This document shows positions 52,328-64,000 of a stretch of DNA of 64,000 nucleotides, one piece after another. Source of the stretch: Octopus sinensis (taxonomy: Eukaryota); the NCBI RefSeq assembly GCF_006345805.1, contig NC_042998.1, forward strand, positions 55,428,001 to 55,492,000. The letters are read 5' to 3'. Positions within the stretch are counted from its first letter, which is position 1. Each line of letters begins with the position of its first letter. The notes beneath the pieces are model-generated. The model saw only the letters and a program-made list of their open reading frames with translations, did no database searches and had not been told where the DNA came from. The translations under genes were made by a program, and so were the position numbers.

Positions 52328-52720
52328 TACAGGCGTGGCTGTATGGTAAGAAGATTGCTTCCCAACCACATGGTTCCGGATTCAGTTCCACCGCGTGGCA
52401 CCTTTGGCAAGTGACATCTACTATAGACTCGGACCGACCAAAAGCCTTTTGAGCGGATTTGATAGACGGAAGCTGACAGAAGCCCAACGTATTTCTATAA
52501 TAATATGTGTCCTTGTGTCTGTGTTTGTCCACCACCACCACCACCACCATCGATGTTGGTGTGGTTACTTCCCCGTAAACTAGCGGTTCGGCTGAAGAGA
52601 CCGATAGAATAAGTACCAGGCTTACAAAGAATAAGTCCAAGGGGCGATTTCTTCGACTAAAAGACGCTGCTTCAGCATGTCCCCAGTCAAATGACTGAAA
52701 TTAGTAAAAGTAAAAGAATA
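52328..52720 (+). mobile_element. SINE family A, full length
   Basis: Both halves and tail present. Confidence 0.9.
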
Positions 52721-53336
52721 TATGAATATTGGGAACGTTGAATATCGAAGCAAATAAAGCTATAAATAGTATTGTCTATATATGGAGTTAAAATTCTTTT
52801 GGAAAGAATTTATCGAAAGCTATCCATTTGCAGGAGTTGAGGGTCGTGTCTGCAGGACAGTTTTCTACGTTTTAATCGCTACATTTACTTAGAAATTCGT
52901 CGGTTCTTTATAGAACTTTTTTCACTTTCTCAACAATTTTAAGTTCTAATGACATCCAAACAAATATGTATGTATGCATGTATGTATGTATATCAATCTG
53001 TATATCTTACTTATTACGGTTATACTAAGCCACAATACTGCGGTATCCGTTTTAGAAAGTATCTTGTAAAATACATTAGAGTTCTTAAAAGCATAGGGGT
53101 ATCACTAGCAAAGCAAAAGTGTGTAGCAGCGGCGGTAGAATTGCTAGACCACGAGATTTCTGCGTACTTTTCGTCGGCTCCTGTTCTTTTTAGCACGATA
53201 TGTGAGGCTTTCTGATGACCAATACCACAGTACCACCTTCTTTCTGATGACCAATACCACCTTCTTCTAGCATGTAGAATATCCACGTTATGTACAATAT
53301 ATTGATTGCTATTCAGTACTAATACTGCTTCCGTCC

Positions 53337-53375
<39 letters not shown>

Positions 53376-54750
53376 AAAACGTCCCCCATCAAATGGACAG
53401 TGCTGAATTGTCAAACATTTAAACCAAATTTTCTCAAAACAACTTGTCCGACCGTCCCATAGGCCTCCCTTTTGAGAAACACTGATTTAACCTAAATTTG
53501 AGACACCAGCAAAAGAAGAAATAAAGATAGACTTTTTTCTATTCCAAAGAAAAACGATTTTATTCACTTTGTCGATCGCATTCTCACCAGGAATCGATTA
53601 TTGCAATTGTTTCAAGACTTATACACGCCTTGATACCGTCGGTATATACATATCAAATGGAGGATGCCCGAGATCCCAGAAGACACACAGACAGACAAAC
53701 AGATCGGATTTTATATAATAGATATACGAGCACACATACATATACACAAATAAATCAGAAAATAAGCGAAAACGCACATACGAAAGCTAAAATGTACATA
53801 CAAATGTACGTGAATGTACACAGAAGTAAAGTAATTTTAAATGTTATTCTTACTTTGGATTGAAAAACAAGCATGTCTTGTCAAGTAGGGACTGGATGGT
53901 AAGCAAAAATATTAGCTTTTAATGTCGGTTGTTTGTTAACAGTGCCACAACTTACCGAGCAGAAGTTCGTATGATAGAAATGTTTCAAAGATTTCACGCT
54001 AAGCCGACAATGGTTCCTGACAGAATCCAATTTCTTGCGTTTGTCCGTTCAATGAAACATAAGTTGTGAGAGGAACCTCGCCGTAATTTTATTGGAAAAC
54101 AAAAAAGATTTTCAAGAGGCAAAGAACGGCAGACACGCATAAAGCATGTGTTTGTTAATACATGCATTATAAGTATTAGTATACGCATAGAAATGAATAT
54201 ATGTACATGCGCGTATGTATATATATATTTATACATACGTACACCTGTACATATATACACGCGCACGCACGCACACACACACATGCGCACATACATATTG
54301 TGAGTTATTTCTGTTATTGGTGGGCTTAACAAAGAAGTTCTCCTTCCAGTAGAGTTCCATTCGAACCAATATAGCTTTCATGCTTCTGATAATACAATTA
54401 TCCGACATGCTTATATAGAGTGAAACTTCCAGTAGCTCGCATTCAAAATCAACATTTCCTAACATAAACCGAATATATATATTCGGTTTATTATAGGGTC
54501 TTTAGAGGCCCGGGTTTAAGTTGAATGAAACGTCTATGAACTTCACTATTCTGTTCTAATCATAATCATTGTAATGGATTGTCCGAATATCTTTTAAAAT
54601 TTTGATTAGCTCATTCAAATTCTGCATTATCACGCCTCTTATTAGATTTAAATACAAGCCTCTATAAATCATGTCATTGTCCAAACCATCCTCAAGCAGT
54701 GATCAAATTCATGATTAGGAGCGTCTCATATAGAACCTGGCTACTATTTG

Positions 54751-54782
<32 letters not shown>

Positions 54783-55365
54783 GGGGAGAGAGCGTGAGAT
54801 ACATGCATACTCACATACACTTGTATATATATATATATAAACATACATACATACATGCAGGTAAACAAAAATGTCCTGCTGTTGCCGTTGAAATTCAAAT
54901 GAAGGAGCCTTGGATCTAGGTTACAAACCGGTCCTTTATTGGCAAGAAATCTTGAAAAAAACTGAATAATGGCATGCATACAAAGATAGATATATAGATA
55001 CATACATGCATACATACATACATACATACATACATACATACACATACACATGTCTGTCTGCGTGCGTCTGTGTCTCCATGATTATAGTTATAAATGTGAA
55101 GCTACTTATTTCATAATGCGTGTATGTGTGTGCGTGCATGTCTCTATGTGTGTGTGTTCGTGTGTGTGTGTGTTCGTGTGTGTGTGTGTGTGCTTGTGTG
55201 TGTGTATATTCATATATTATAAAATGTCAGATACATCTGTATTTTAACACCAAGTATTTAAAATATAAATGAAATATTTTCAAAAGGGGAATAAACTTAT
55301 ATTTAACTACGTTGTTAATGACAACTGAATGTCAAGTTCATAAAATTCAAGTGGGTTTGATACAA

Positions 55366-55426
<61 letters not shown>

Positions 55427-56942
55427 TGATGATGATGATGATGATGATAACAACAACAACAGCAACAAGGACAACAATAATAAATGAATACAAACATGCA
55501 ACTATTTTTGATCACCCATATTGTCTGAATTAGATTTCTAAATATGATTCCTAAACAGAATGTCGAGTGGATAGAATAGAACAGTGTTTCCCAATTTATT
55601 TTTCCTCAAGTCCCCCTATAACTTTCCAGGAAAATATATGCCCCGCGGTGTTTGGAAAAAAAAATCTTCATTTTTAATATTTTATCACAACTATTTATTC
55701 TTTTATTAAGTACAGAGTACAAAAAAGGTGTATTACTAAAAAAAAATTTTTCACAACTCCATGCCCCACTAAAAAAAGAAAAAAAGATTTGGATCCTACG
55801 CCCCATCACAATTTTCTCAGTACTCACCAGTGGAGCGTATACCTCACGTTGAGAATCACTGAGATAGAATGTTAGGCAAAAGTTAAAGTCTAGCTTGTTT
55901 GGTATTGTGCACTTCTGTATGATTAGTTTCCCTGTGGGCTTGCTACTGTTTTGACAAGAGGTTAGTTGGCAGAAATTGTGTAGTAGACCTAATTTGTGTG
56001 ATAAACTCATCTAACGTATTGTTAGTTTAGCATCACCACATTGGGTGTCTTTGAAAATTCCATTCCATTGCAAACATTTATAAACATGATCTCCGATCTG
56101 AGAATGACTCGATACCTTGATGCTTTGCTTCTTTCTTCACTTTCCTACACGAAGTGTCACTGTTTTTAGGATAATACAGCCGGAAAGAATTCTCCACTCA
56201 AAGATATGCTGCTAGGTCTGATAGGGACCTGCATATACATAAATACATACATACATACATACACAACATACATACATACATACATACATCCATCCATCCA
56301 TCCATCCACCCATCCATCCATCCATCCATACATACATACATACATACATACATACATACATACATACATACATACATACATACATAGTGTACAGTTGTGG
56401 AAATTAGCTGCCCAGCGGATGTTAACATAAAGCTATGTTGAACTATTGAGAAATCTGCAGTTATTCTATCCAGATTAGAACTTCAGGTTCATAACTGTAC
56501 TTATTGAGGCCTTCTTTCAAATTCCGTCTACCAGTCCACACACAAGGCTTTAGTCGTCCAAGGACTATAACAGAAGACACTTGCCCAAGGTACTACACAG
56601 AGGGACTGAACCTGGGACAATGTGATCTACCACAGAGACACGCCGGCGCTTGTAAATTTTCGAAATATTTCGCGTAGCTCCAGATAAGTCTGTATTCCTG
56701 TCACTTCAACTTGCAAGAATTGAGTTATGTATTACGAGAATGGCATCATAAAAATTGCTTCGCTCAAAGGTACCGAATAAAGAAGCAAGAACCAAATATA
56801 TACGATATGTGTCTTCAAAAGTTCATGTCATGCTTGATCGTACGTGTGCGATATGGTGTACAGGCGGCATGTCAAAGTACATACATACTTAGACAGACAT
56901 AGGTTTTGGATATGTATGTATGTATGTGTATATGTATATCTA

Positions 56943-56987
<45 letters not shown>

Positions 56988-57029
56988 AATAACAGTAGAG
57001 GTACAGGTGTCAATCCATTACGGCCATTT

Positions 57030-57220
57030 CTAACGACATCGCTTGATAACCGATGCTGGTGTGTTTAAGTCGCTGTAACTTAGCGGTTCGGCATAAGAGA
57101 CCGATAGAATAAGTACTAGGCTTACAAAGAATAAGTCCTGGGGTCAATTTGCTCGACTAAACGCGGTGCTCCAGCATGGCCATTGTCAAATGACTGAAAC
57201 AAGTAAAAGAGTAAAAGAGA
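57030..57220 (+). mobile_element. SINE family A, 3' half
   Basis: catcgcttgataaccgatgctggtg ... gactgaaacaagtaaaagag. Confidence 0.88.
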
Positions 57221-57357
57221 GTGTATGCATATATCTATATGTGTGTGTGTGTGTGGTGTGTGTGTGTGAGTGTGTGTGTGTGTGTGGTTGGCATCCTTTT
57301 TGTCTCGGGAGACAATGGAGTTGCGCATATATATATATATATATAATATATATATAT

Positions 57358-57394
<37 letters not shown>

Positions 57395-57473
57395 TTTGAT
57401 ACTTTGATAGGTTTCGGCCATTATGGCCCAGGCCATGTCTAACTTAATAGCACCACCTGGTATATATATATAT

Positions 57474-57509
<36 letters not shown>

Positions 57510-58499
57510 AATGTATGGCTAAGTGTATGCCTGTATTTAACAATTGCACATATGTGTGTACAGACGTATTTCATACATAAATAATATGTGAAATGCTTTC
57601 TTCTTTAAAAAAAATTGCAGTTCCTTTCCATTTCAAAGTACGTATATGTTATTTGCGTTTGAATGTATATAAATTCATCTACGAATATACGTGTGTTTGT
57701 GTATTAGTGCATTAATGCTAAAATGCATTCGTGCATGTGCGTATTTGTTTTCTAACGAAGAATTACTAAGGCGTGTCAATGTTTACATTGGATAACCGTT
57801 TCCGCAAACAGTAAACATTGAAAATATCTCAGTAGAAACAATCACGACAGTACAAACATGTAGTTTTGCCGAGTTACAACGGCATCAGTCTCTAATAACG
57901 CTATCACTACATCAGTTGAACACTCTCTGTGGAGCTAAATAGCACAGATTTCTAAGTAAACATATCAAAGTTTTAAGCAGTGTATATGTGTTGTTGTTTT
58001 TCGTTCTCTAGTTTCCTTTTACATTGATAGTTGATGTTTTGCAAATTCCATGTCTGTGTACGTTTGTGTGAGTGCGTGCATGTGTGTGTGTGTGTGTGTG
58101 TTTGTATGTGTGTGTAAGTATATGCACCCACACACACACATATATATGTATATGTATAGGTATATGTACTTACAAATAAATACATAAATATATATGTATA
58201 TATACACACACATGCTCATACATAAAACAAAATTTAACGAATTCAAAGCTGTTGTGGTGACTACATCACTTTGTGAATGTGAAACCTGGACAGTTTATCA
58301 AAGACATGCAAAAAAAAAAAAGGCTTAATCGTTTTCATCTAACATGACTGCGACAAATTTATCAGCACCAAGAGGCCGGATAAAATTCCTAATTACTACT
58401 GTGTAAGAGAAAGCTAATATGTCTATCATGTATGCTTTCCTAAATAAATTCCAGCTGCGACAGTGTGCATATGTAGCACGCATGTTAGATTCCTGACAC

Positions 58500-58700
58500 C
58501 CTTAAAAAGATTTTCTTCGGTGAACTAGCAGTTGGCTCCCGGTCGCGTGGGGAACTGGACCAAAGAGAAGATACGAAGTCACTCGGAAGACGAACTTAAA
58601 AATATGTATCTCAGATCAATCTACAGCTTGCTCAAGATCACTCACTGTGGCGAAATATTCTGTTCGCTGGAGTAAAACACTCAGAATAATTAAAGGCAGG
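58500..58700 (+). mobile_element. Possible RTE C-terminal relic
   Basis: GSRSRGE...QLAQDHSLWRNI resembles RTE GxRxRGRP...LAQDRxxWR. Confidence 0.45.
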
Positions 58701-58916
58701 ATGCAATTGCCCCAACAGGCTCCGACTATGTTATAGCATACCCTTCACTGTTATTGTAAATTTTATGACAACATTGGTCTAATAAGTCAGCTCAAAACTC
58801 ACAAATAGTAAAGCTGCTAATATGATCATCTTCAGAAACCTGAAGGTCGAGCATCATATGTATGCATGTATGTATGTATGTATGTATGTATGTATGTATG
58901 TATGTATGTATGTATG

Positions 58917-58950
<34 letters not shown>

Positions 58951-58954
58951 TGTA

Positions 58955-59100
58955 TAGGCGCAGGCGTGGCTCTATGATAAGAAGCTTACTCCCAACGACA
59001 TGGCACCTTAGGCAAGTGTCATCTACTATAGACTCGGGCCGACCAAAGCTTTGTTAGTGGATTTGGTAGGTGGAAACTGAAAGAAGCTCGTCGTATATAT
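58955..59100 (+). mobile_element. SINE family A, 5' half with deletion
   Basis: aggcgcaggcgtggct...ggcaagtgtcatctactatag...gaaagaagctcgtcg. Confidence 0.82.
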
Positions 59101-60234
59101 ATATGTGTGTGTGTGTGTGTGTTTGTAGTTGTTGTTCGGATGCTCCGTCCCTGTTCCTTCATTCAAAGCTCTAATCCGGCAAACAAAGAAGAGAGGATGT
59201 TATCATTAAACCGGAGAACCAGTTCATATACTTTGTTCAGAATTAGCACCTGTGAAGGCACCTGTGAAGGATAAGATGATGGTGTTGAACCGGGAGGTGA
59301 TTTCAATCTACCTCCCTTAACAAGTCAGAATGTAAAGAGCAGAAAAACATATTGCAAAGCATCTCGTCTGATGTTTAACAATTCCCCTAATCCACAACCT
59401 TTCAGCTTTATTTTTATCTACTCCTATACGATGAAATGCAAAATTAACTTCTACGAGATTTGAACTCCAAACGCACAACCGGAAGAAATACTGACATCTT
59501 GTTCAATGCTCTAACGACTTTACCAGTTCCTCTCTTTCTCTTTCTTTCTCACTCTTTCTCTTATTCCCTGTCTCTGTCTCTGTCTCTCTCTCTCTCTTTC
59601 TTCCTTTCTTCCTTTCTTTCTTTCATTCTCTTGCACGTCGTGCGTGTGTTACTTGTATGTGTATATATCTTGGTGTAAAACAAGCTGTTGAGCTATATAT
59701 TTATCCGTCAAAATGTAACTGAGACATTCGACAGAGTTCGATAAAATACAGAGAATTCTAAAATTAGAACTTGGAATGGTACGATTTACTTTACATATCT
59801 TAAAGATTATATGTACCCCATCACTGCAATAATCAAACGACCGAAATCATCACTGGCTCCTCTGTACATATACAAATGTACAAGGTGTATTTGTATGCGC
59901 ATGTTTCTTCTTATATATGTATGTTTGTACTGAGGTACGAGCTGATGTCGAAGTAAATAGGAGGACACGCGTAGATACAAAGCAATGCATGTGTTTGTGT
60001 ATTGCATTAATCTCCCCGATGTATTAATTATATTTACATTACATTTCTGACAGTGAAAGCTAGTTTTTTATTAATCAAGTATTGTATTTGTTTAATATTA
60101 GTTCTTAGTATATACACGTTTGTGCGGATTATGGGTGCGTGTGTATGTGTGTGTGTATGTGCGTATATGTGTGTGAGTATAGGTGCGATTGATGGGTTTA
60201 TTTATATAATATACAAGTGTACATACATACATGA

Positions 60235-60310
<76 letters not shown>

Positions 60311-60883
60311 TATGAGGAGCTGGTTTCTAACAGATACAAAATTCCATCAATGGAATTCAAATAACGAAAACAAATTCACATTGAGAAAAATTTGGCGTAT
60401 TTTTAGTGTTTCACTTACAGATTGTATGTATATGTATGTTTTTCCTTCGAGTTCTTCAATAGAGACTTTAAACTGGTTGCTAACAAAGCAACAAAACCTT
60501 TTGAGTTAAGAGAGTTCCCGGTGTTTTTAAATATGTAGTTGAGTTGGTGTGTTGGTTGAACTGTCCATTCACACACCCATGTGTGTGCGTCTATTCACAT
60601 AAAAATCTCAGATGGAGAATCTTTGGAATGTCGTGCAAATTTTCACTGTGCCACTGATAGATTGGATTTGGAGAATCCGTATCAATTTCTTTTGCACTTT
60701 CTCCGTGAGACCGAGTATTTCTAAGTTTTGGGGGATTTTTTTAATATTTGTTGGTACATAATCTTATGCACCTATGATGATAGGTGCAAATGAAAATTCA
60801 TAGTCAGAGTACAAGAGCTGTAAGTTCTGCATTAGTATGTATGTATGTATGTATGTATGTATGTATGTATGTATGTATGTATG

Positions 60884-60914
<31 letters not shown>

Positions 60915-60934
60915 GTAAATATATGTATATGTAT

Positions 60935-61258
60935 GTGTGTGCGTACGTCATTGTTCAGTTTTATTTCAAGATTTCTAGTCAATAAAGAACCAGAAATTCC
61001 AGCTTGAATTTCTTAACCGAAATTCAAGTGGAATTTCAACATCAACAACAGGGTATTTTGTTTCTTCTACATTATTTACAATTGACGGATATTTGTCCTC
61101 ATCTTGTTTGTTGTTTCGGCTGATATACCCTCCAGCCTTCTTGGGGAAATTTCGAAACTGGGTTCTCATTCCTAAGGTATTTTTTTATCACTGCCTGGAA
61201 TCGAACTCAGAATCTTGTGGTTAGTAGCCCGCGCTCTTAATCACTATACCATATGCCC
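60935..61258 (-). mobile_element. Second copy of the tRNA-headed HHR element, ribozyme deleted
   Basis: Head and body match 15480-15817; 10-nt and 11-nt deletions remove the core and the cleavage site. Confidence 0.88.
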
Positions 61259-61619
61259 GTGGTATATGCAGTGAATTTTAGGGCTTATAAATCTAATATT
61301 CTCCTATCCTTCCTTAATACCGGTTCCCACATTCATATCTGCACTCAGTCTGCTTAGGAGGTTTTTGTGTCCTAGCATACGTGCTGCTTTTTTTAGTTTT
61401 CGTATTTTCCAGTGGTGTTCTGTGTCTATTATTTAAACTTAATCCCATAGGAGGAGGTAGTCTCCATTTTTGCATACATGATCAGCTATACCCGATATAT
61501 CAATATCTCCCCGTGGCACAGCTTTGCCATGTTTCCTATACTCTTATTTTGAGGGGCGACATGTTTCGCCTTTGTATAACCTACCACAGCGTCATGGGAT
61601 GGAGTACACGCATATTCAC

Positions 61620-61707
<88 letters not shown>

Positions 61708-61708
<1 letters not shown>

Positions 61709-61955
61709 GGAGGCGCGTGGATTAGTGGTTAGGGTGTCAGCATCATGATCGTAAGATTGTGGTTCCGATTCCTGGACCGGACGACGCGTTGTGTTTTTGA
61801 GCAAAACACTTCATTTCACGTTGCTCCAGTCCACTCCGCTGGCAAAAAATGAGTAATGCTGCGATGGACTGGCGCCCCATCCAGCTGGGGAACACATACG
61901 CCATTGAAACCGCGAAACCGGGCCCTTGAGCCTGGTTAGGCTTTAAAAGGACGCA
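61708..61955 (+). mobile_element. SINE family B
   Basis: ggaggcgcgtggattagtggttaggg head, body, and gaaaccgggcccttgagcctgg tail. Confidence 0.88.
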
Positions 61956-62076
61956 TCATTTTTTTAATTATGTATATATATATATATATATATATAAGGA
62001 TAAGATCGTTATTTAAAATACCAATCATATCAAGTGGCTAGCATGGGAATAAAAACCTCATAGGTAATAATCATTA

Positions 62077-62211
62077 TTAAAATCATAATTAAGGGTATCT
62101 AAAAGATACCCTCATGCAAGAGATAGCAGTCAAAACTTGATGTGGTTTTAAAGTCAAGTTTTGACTGCTATCTCTAGCATGATGGTATCTTTTAGATACC
62201 CTTATTTATAA

Positions 62212-62217
<6 letters not shown>
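62077..62217. mobile_element. ~140-bp hairpin MITE-like element
   Basis: Arms 62077-62140 and 62154-62217 are reverse complements with few mismatches; 13-nt loop. Confidence 0.8.
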
Positions 62218-62269
<52 letters not shown>

Positions 62270-62270
62270 A

Positions 62271-62312
<42 letters not shown>

Positions 62313-62339
62313 TATCTGTATCTGTGTACGTGTGTGTAT

Positions 62340-62880
62340 ATGTTCGAGCCAGTCGCTCAGTTAAGATTTGAGCTGCAATGCCTTCTGAAGTGTATAGCAC
62401 AATCTGACTGGCATTCTTTGTGTTAGTTTTTGTAGTAAAATAATTGTACTTAGCTGCAGTGATGTTGATGTAGATTTCTTTTGTCTACGTTTTATTTATT
62501 TATTTTTTTCTTCTGTCACTGTTCAATGCTTCTCTGATCTTTCCTCTGCATGTCTATCTTCACATCATGTTTGCAAGTTACTGCTGTCTGCAATAAATTC
62601 TTGCTAACTTGTCTTATTTTGCAGATATCTTTTTAATGTAGAAGTGATCTTCCATTAAGGCTAGTGCAGAAGACTTTTGGGATTCGCCCGTCTTCCATTC
62701 TGCTAACATAACAAAGCCATCCCAGGCGTTGCTGTGCGAAGAGAGCACAAGCCATTATGTTCAGTCCTTTCTTGCTTTAGAATCTGCTCTCTGTTCTTGT
62801 CCTTCCTGCATGAATTCGCAAAAATTGGATTGCTATTGTATTTTATTCCACGGAAGTAATAGTCAAGGAGGCGAGAAGTT
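62340..62880 (-). mobile_element. RTE-clade LINE 3' fragment, decayed
   Basis: Frameshifted frames give RKDKNREQIL and QQRLGWLCYVSRMEDGRIPK...KDICK. Confidence 0.72.
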
Positions 62881-63719
62881 TTCATTTATCCTTTGTTGTG
62901 TCATATTTAAGAAAAATCGTTATTATGAAAATATATTCTTCGCTAGCTACAATCAATAGAAAATATCCACCAGACACGCTCTCTTACCGAGCAAAAGATT
63001 TTTCCCAAACAACGCACAAAAGCAGAAAATAATTATAAATGAAAATACGAACTTTTTTTTATAATAGTGATGTATCTGGTGATTCTAACATGACTACGAA
63101 TATATATGAAGACACATACATCAATAACAATAAGAATAGCAACAATAGCATTACTGTTTCCCACATTCATGATTGCAAACATCGCGGCAAACAAGGATAG
63201 TGTGGATTTTAGCAGGTTCCTGTTGCAAGTTTGACAAAACTGCTTTACAAAAACCCTTTCTTTTGCCTATGATTTTCTCCTAAAAAGAAATGAGAAAGCT
63301 GACATAGTTATTATCTTGTCCCCGAGCGGGTAAGGGAGGTAATCGTTTCTTCATAAAGTCTGTCGAGATTAAAAATTTGAATTTGAAATTAGGGAATAAG
63401 GAAAAAGGTGCTTAGAATAGACAAATTAAAATTTTCATTTTCTTTCTGATTAAGAAGTTCTTAAAATATCTTTTTGATTAAGAAGTTCTTAAAATATCTA
63501 GTCAGTGGTATTCAATGGTATTATAAGAATTTCAACTACAATATTTGCGGCAGAAAAAAGCAGCTTCAGGGCTTCATACTCTGAGAACCTTTAAAAAGCA
63601 AAGAAAGAGACACGCGGAGTTACTGAAAATCTCCTCGCTTTGAGTGTGTTCTGAGGAAATTGAACGTAAAGATTATTTCCAAGTAAAGCAAGTGCGAATA
63701 GTCAGAATAGAGATTAAGT

Positions 63720-64000
63720 GTTTTCTAACAAACATGACAAAAATCAGGAAACAAATCCATGTTTTGCATATGGCGGTATGCACATGAGGAAAAATTGTTT
63801 ATTTAAAATATCGGAGTGTTTTCGTTGCGGAAATATAGGACATATAAAGATGCACAGTAGAACGAAGATGACAAAACGTCAGAACAAAGGAAAAAAATAG
63901 ACAGTATATCATCGGAAGAAATTGATAATATAACGATGAGGAAATTCGTGAAGGAGAGAATCAGAAATACAAGTGTTAAAATGCAGTTGGACACTGCTAG
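63720..64000 (+). mobile_element. Ty3/Gypsy LTR retrotransposon relic: gag zinc knuckle and start of protease
   Basis: PCFAYGGMHMRKNCLFKISECFRCGNIGHIK (CCHC-like knuckles), then in another frame RKFVKERIRNTSVKMQLDTA (aspartic protease LDTG-like); runs off the window end. Confidence 0.75.

Noticed and set aside
53020-53286. Overlapping 88-aa ORFs on both strands
   Set aside because: No recognisable domain or splice signals; part of the length comes from a 20-bp direct duplication (tttctgatgaccaataccac).
55582-55600. CAGTGTTTCCCAA hAT/Charlie-like end (and TTTGAGAAACACTG at ~53470)
   Set aside because: No matching partner TIR or 8-bp TSD was found for either, so no element can be delimited.
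57405-57465. GGCC-ATAAT-GGCC-GAAAC (minus strand) and a CTCF-like ACCAGGTGGTGC
   Set aside because: No CUGANGA box, and a single weak motif match is expected by chance.
63447-63499. 25-bp tandem duplication tgattaagaagttcttaaaatatct
   Set aside because: Ordinary slippage duplication; also seen at 42523-42562 with another unit.

Overview
This is animal (eukaryotic) non-coding DNA: very AT-rich, saturated with microsatellites, with a 100-N gap at 42734-42833. The repeat repertoire (tRNA-headed SINE families, CR1 and RTE LINEs, maT/mariner, Penelope-like relics) looks like coleoid cephalopod DNA, most likely Octopus; this is recognition from memory, not a database result. No intact host gene is supported; there is only a possible exon fragment at 1-161. 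Nearly all ORFs in the supplied track are translated microsatellites or antisense/relic transposon frames. Supported content: a near-complete but frameshifted CR1-clade ORF2 (5290-8343), several RTE fragments, two maT-type Tc1/mariner elements (one with a countable DD37D spacing and both TIRs), a mariner 5' fragment, a Tigger-like MITE, a Penelope-like GIY-YIG relic, a Ty3/Gypsy gag-protease relic, and more than 25 SINE copies in three families. The most interesting signal is a set of hammerhead-ribozyme (HHR) motifs. (1) A tRNA-headed, Pol III-compatible SINE-like element carries an intact minimal HHR (15480-15817, minus strand); a second copy has lost the ribozyme by two deletions. (2) A core-complete type I HHR sits in a ~425-bp unit with ~65-bp terminal redundancy, like a retrozyme (19066-19556). 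(3) Two sister families of short repeats carry minimal HHRs with a compensatory stem I pair; one family has a fixed U at core position 6. In addition, the main SINE family shares its 3' tail with the CR1 LINE, including a compensatory stem-loop. All structures were folded by eye; activity is inferred, not shown.
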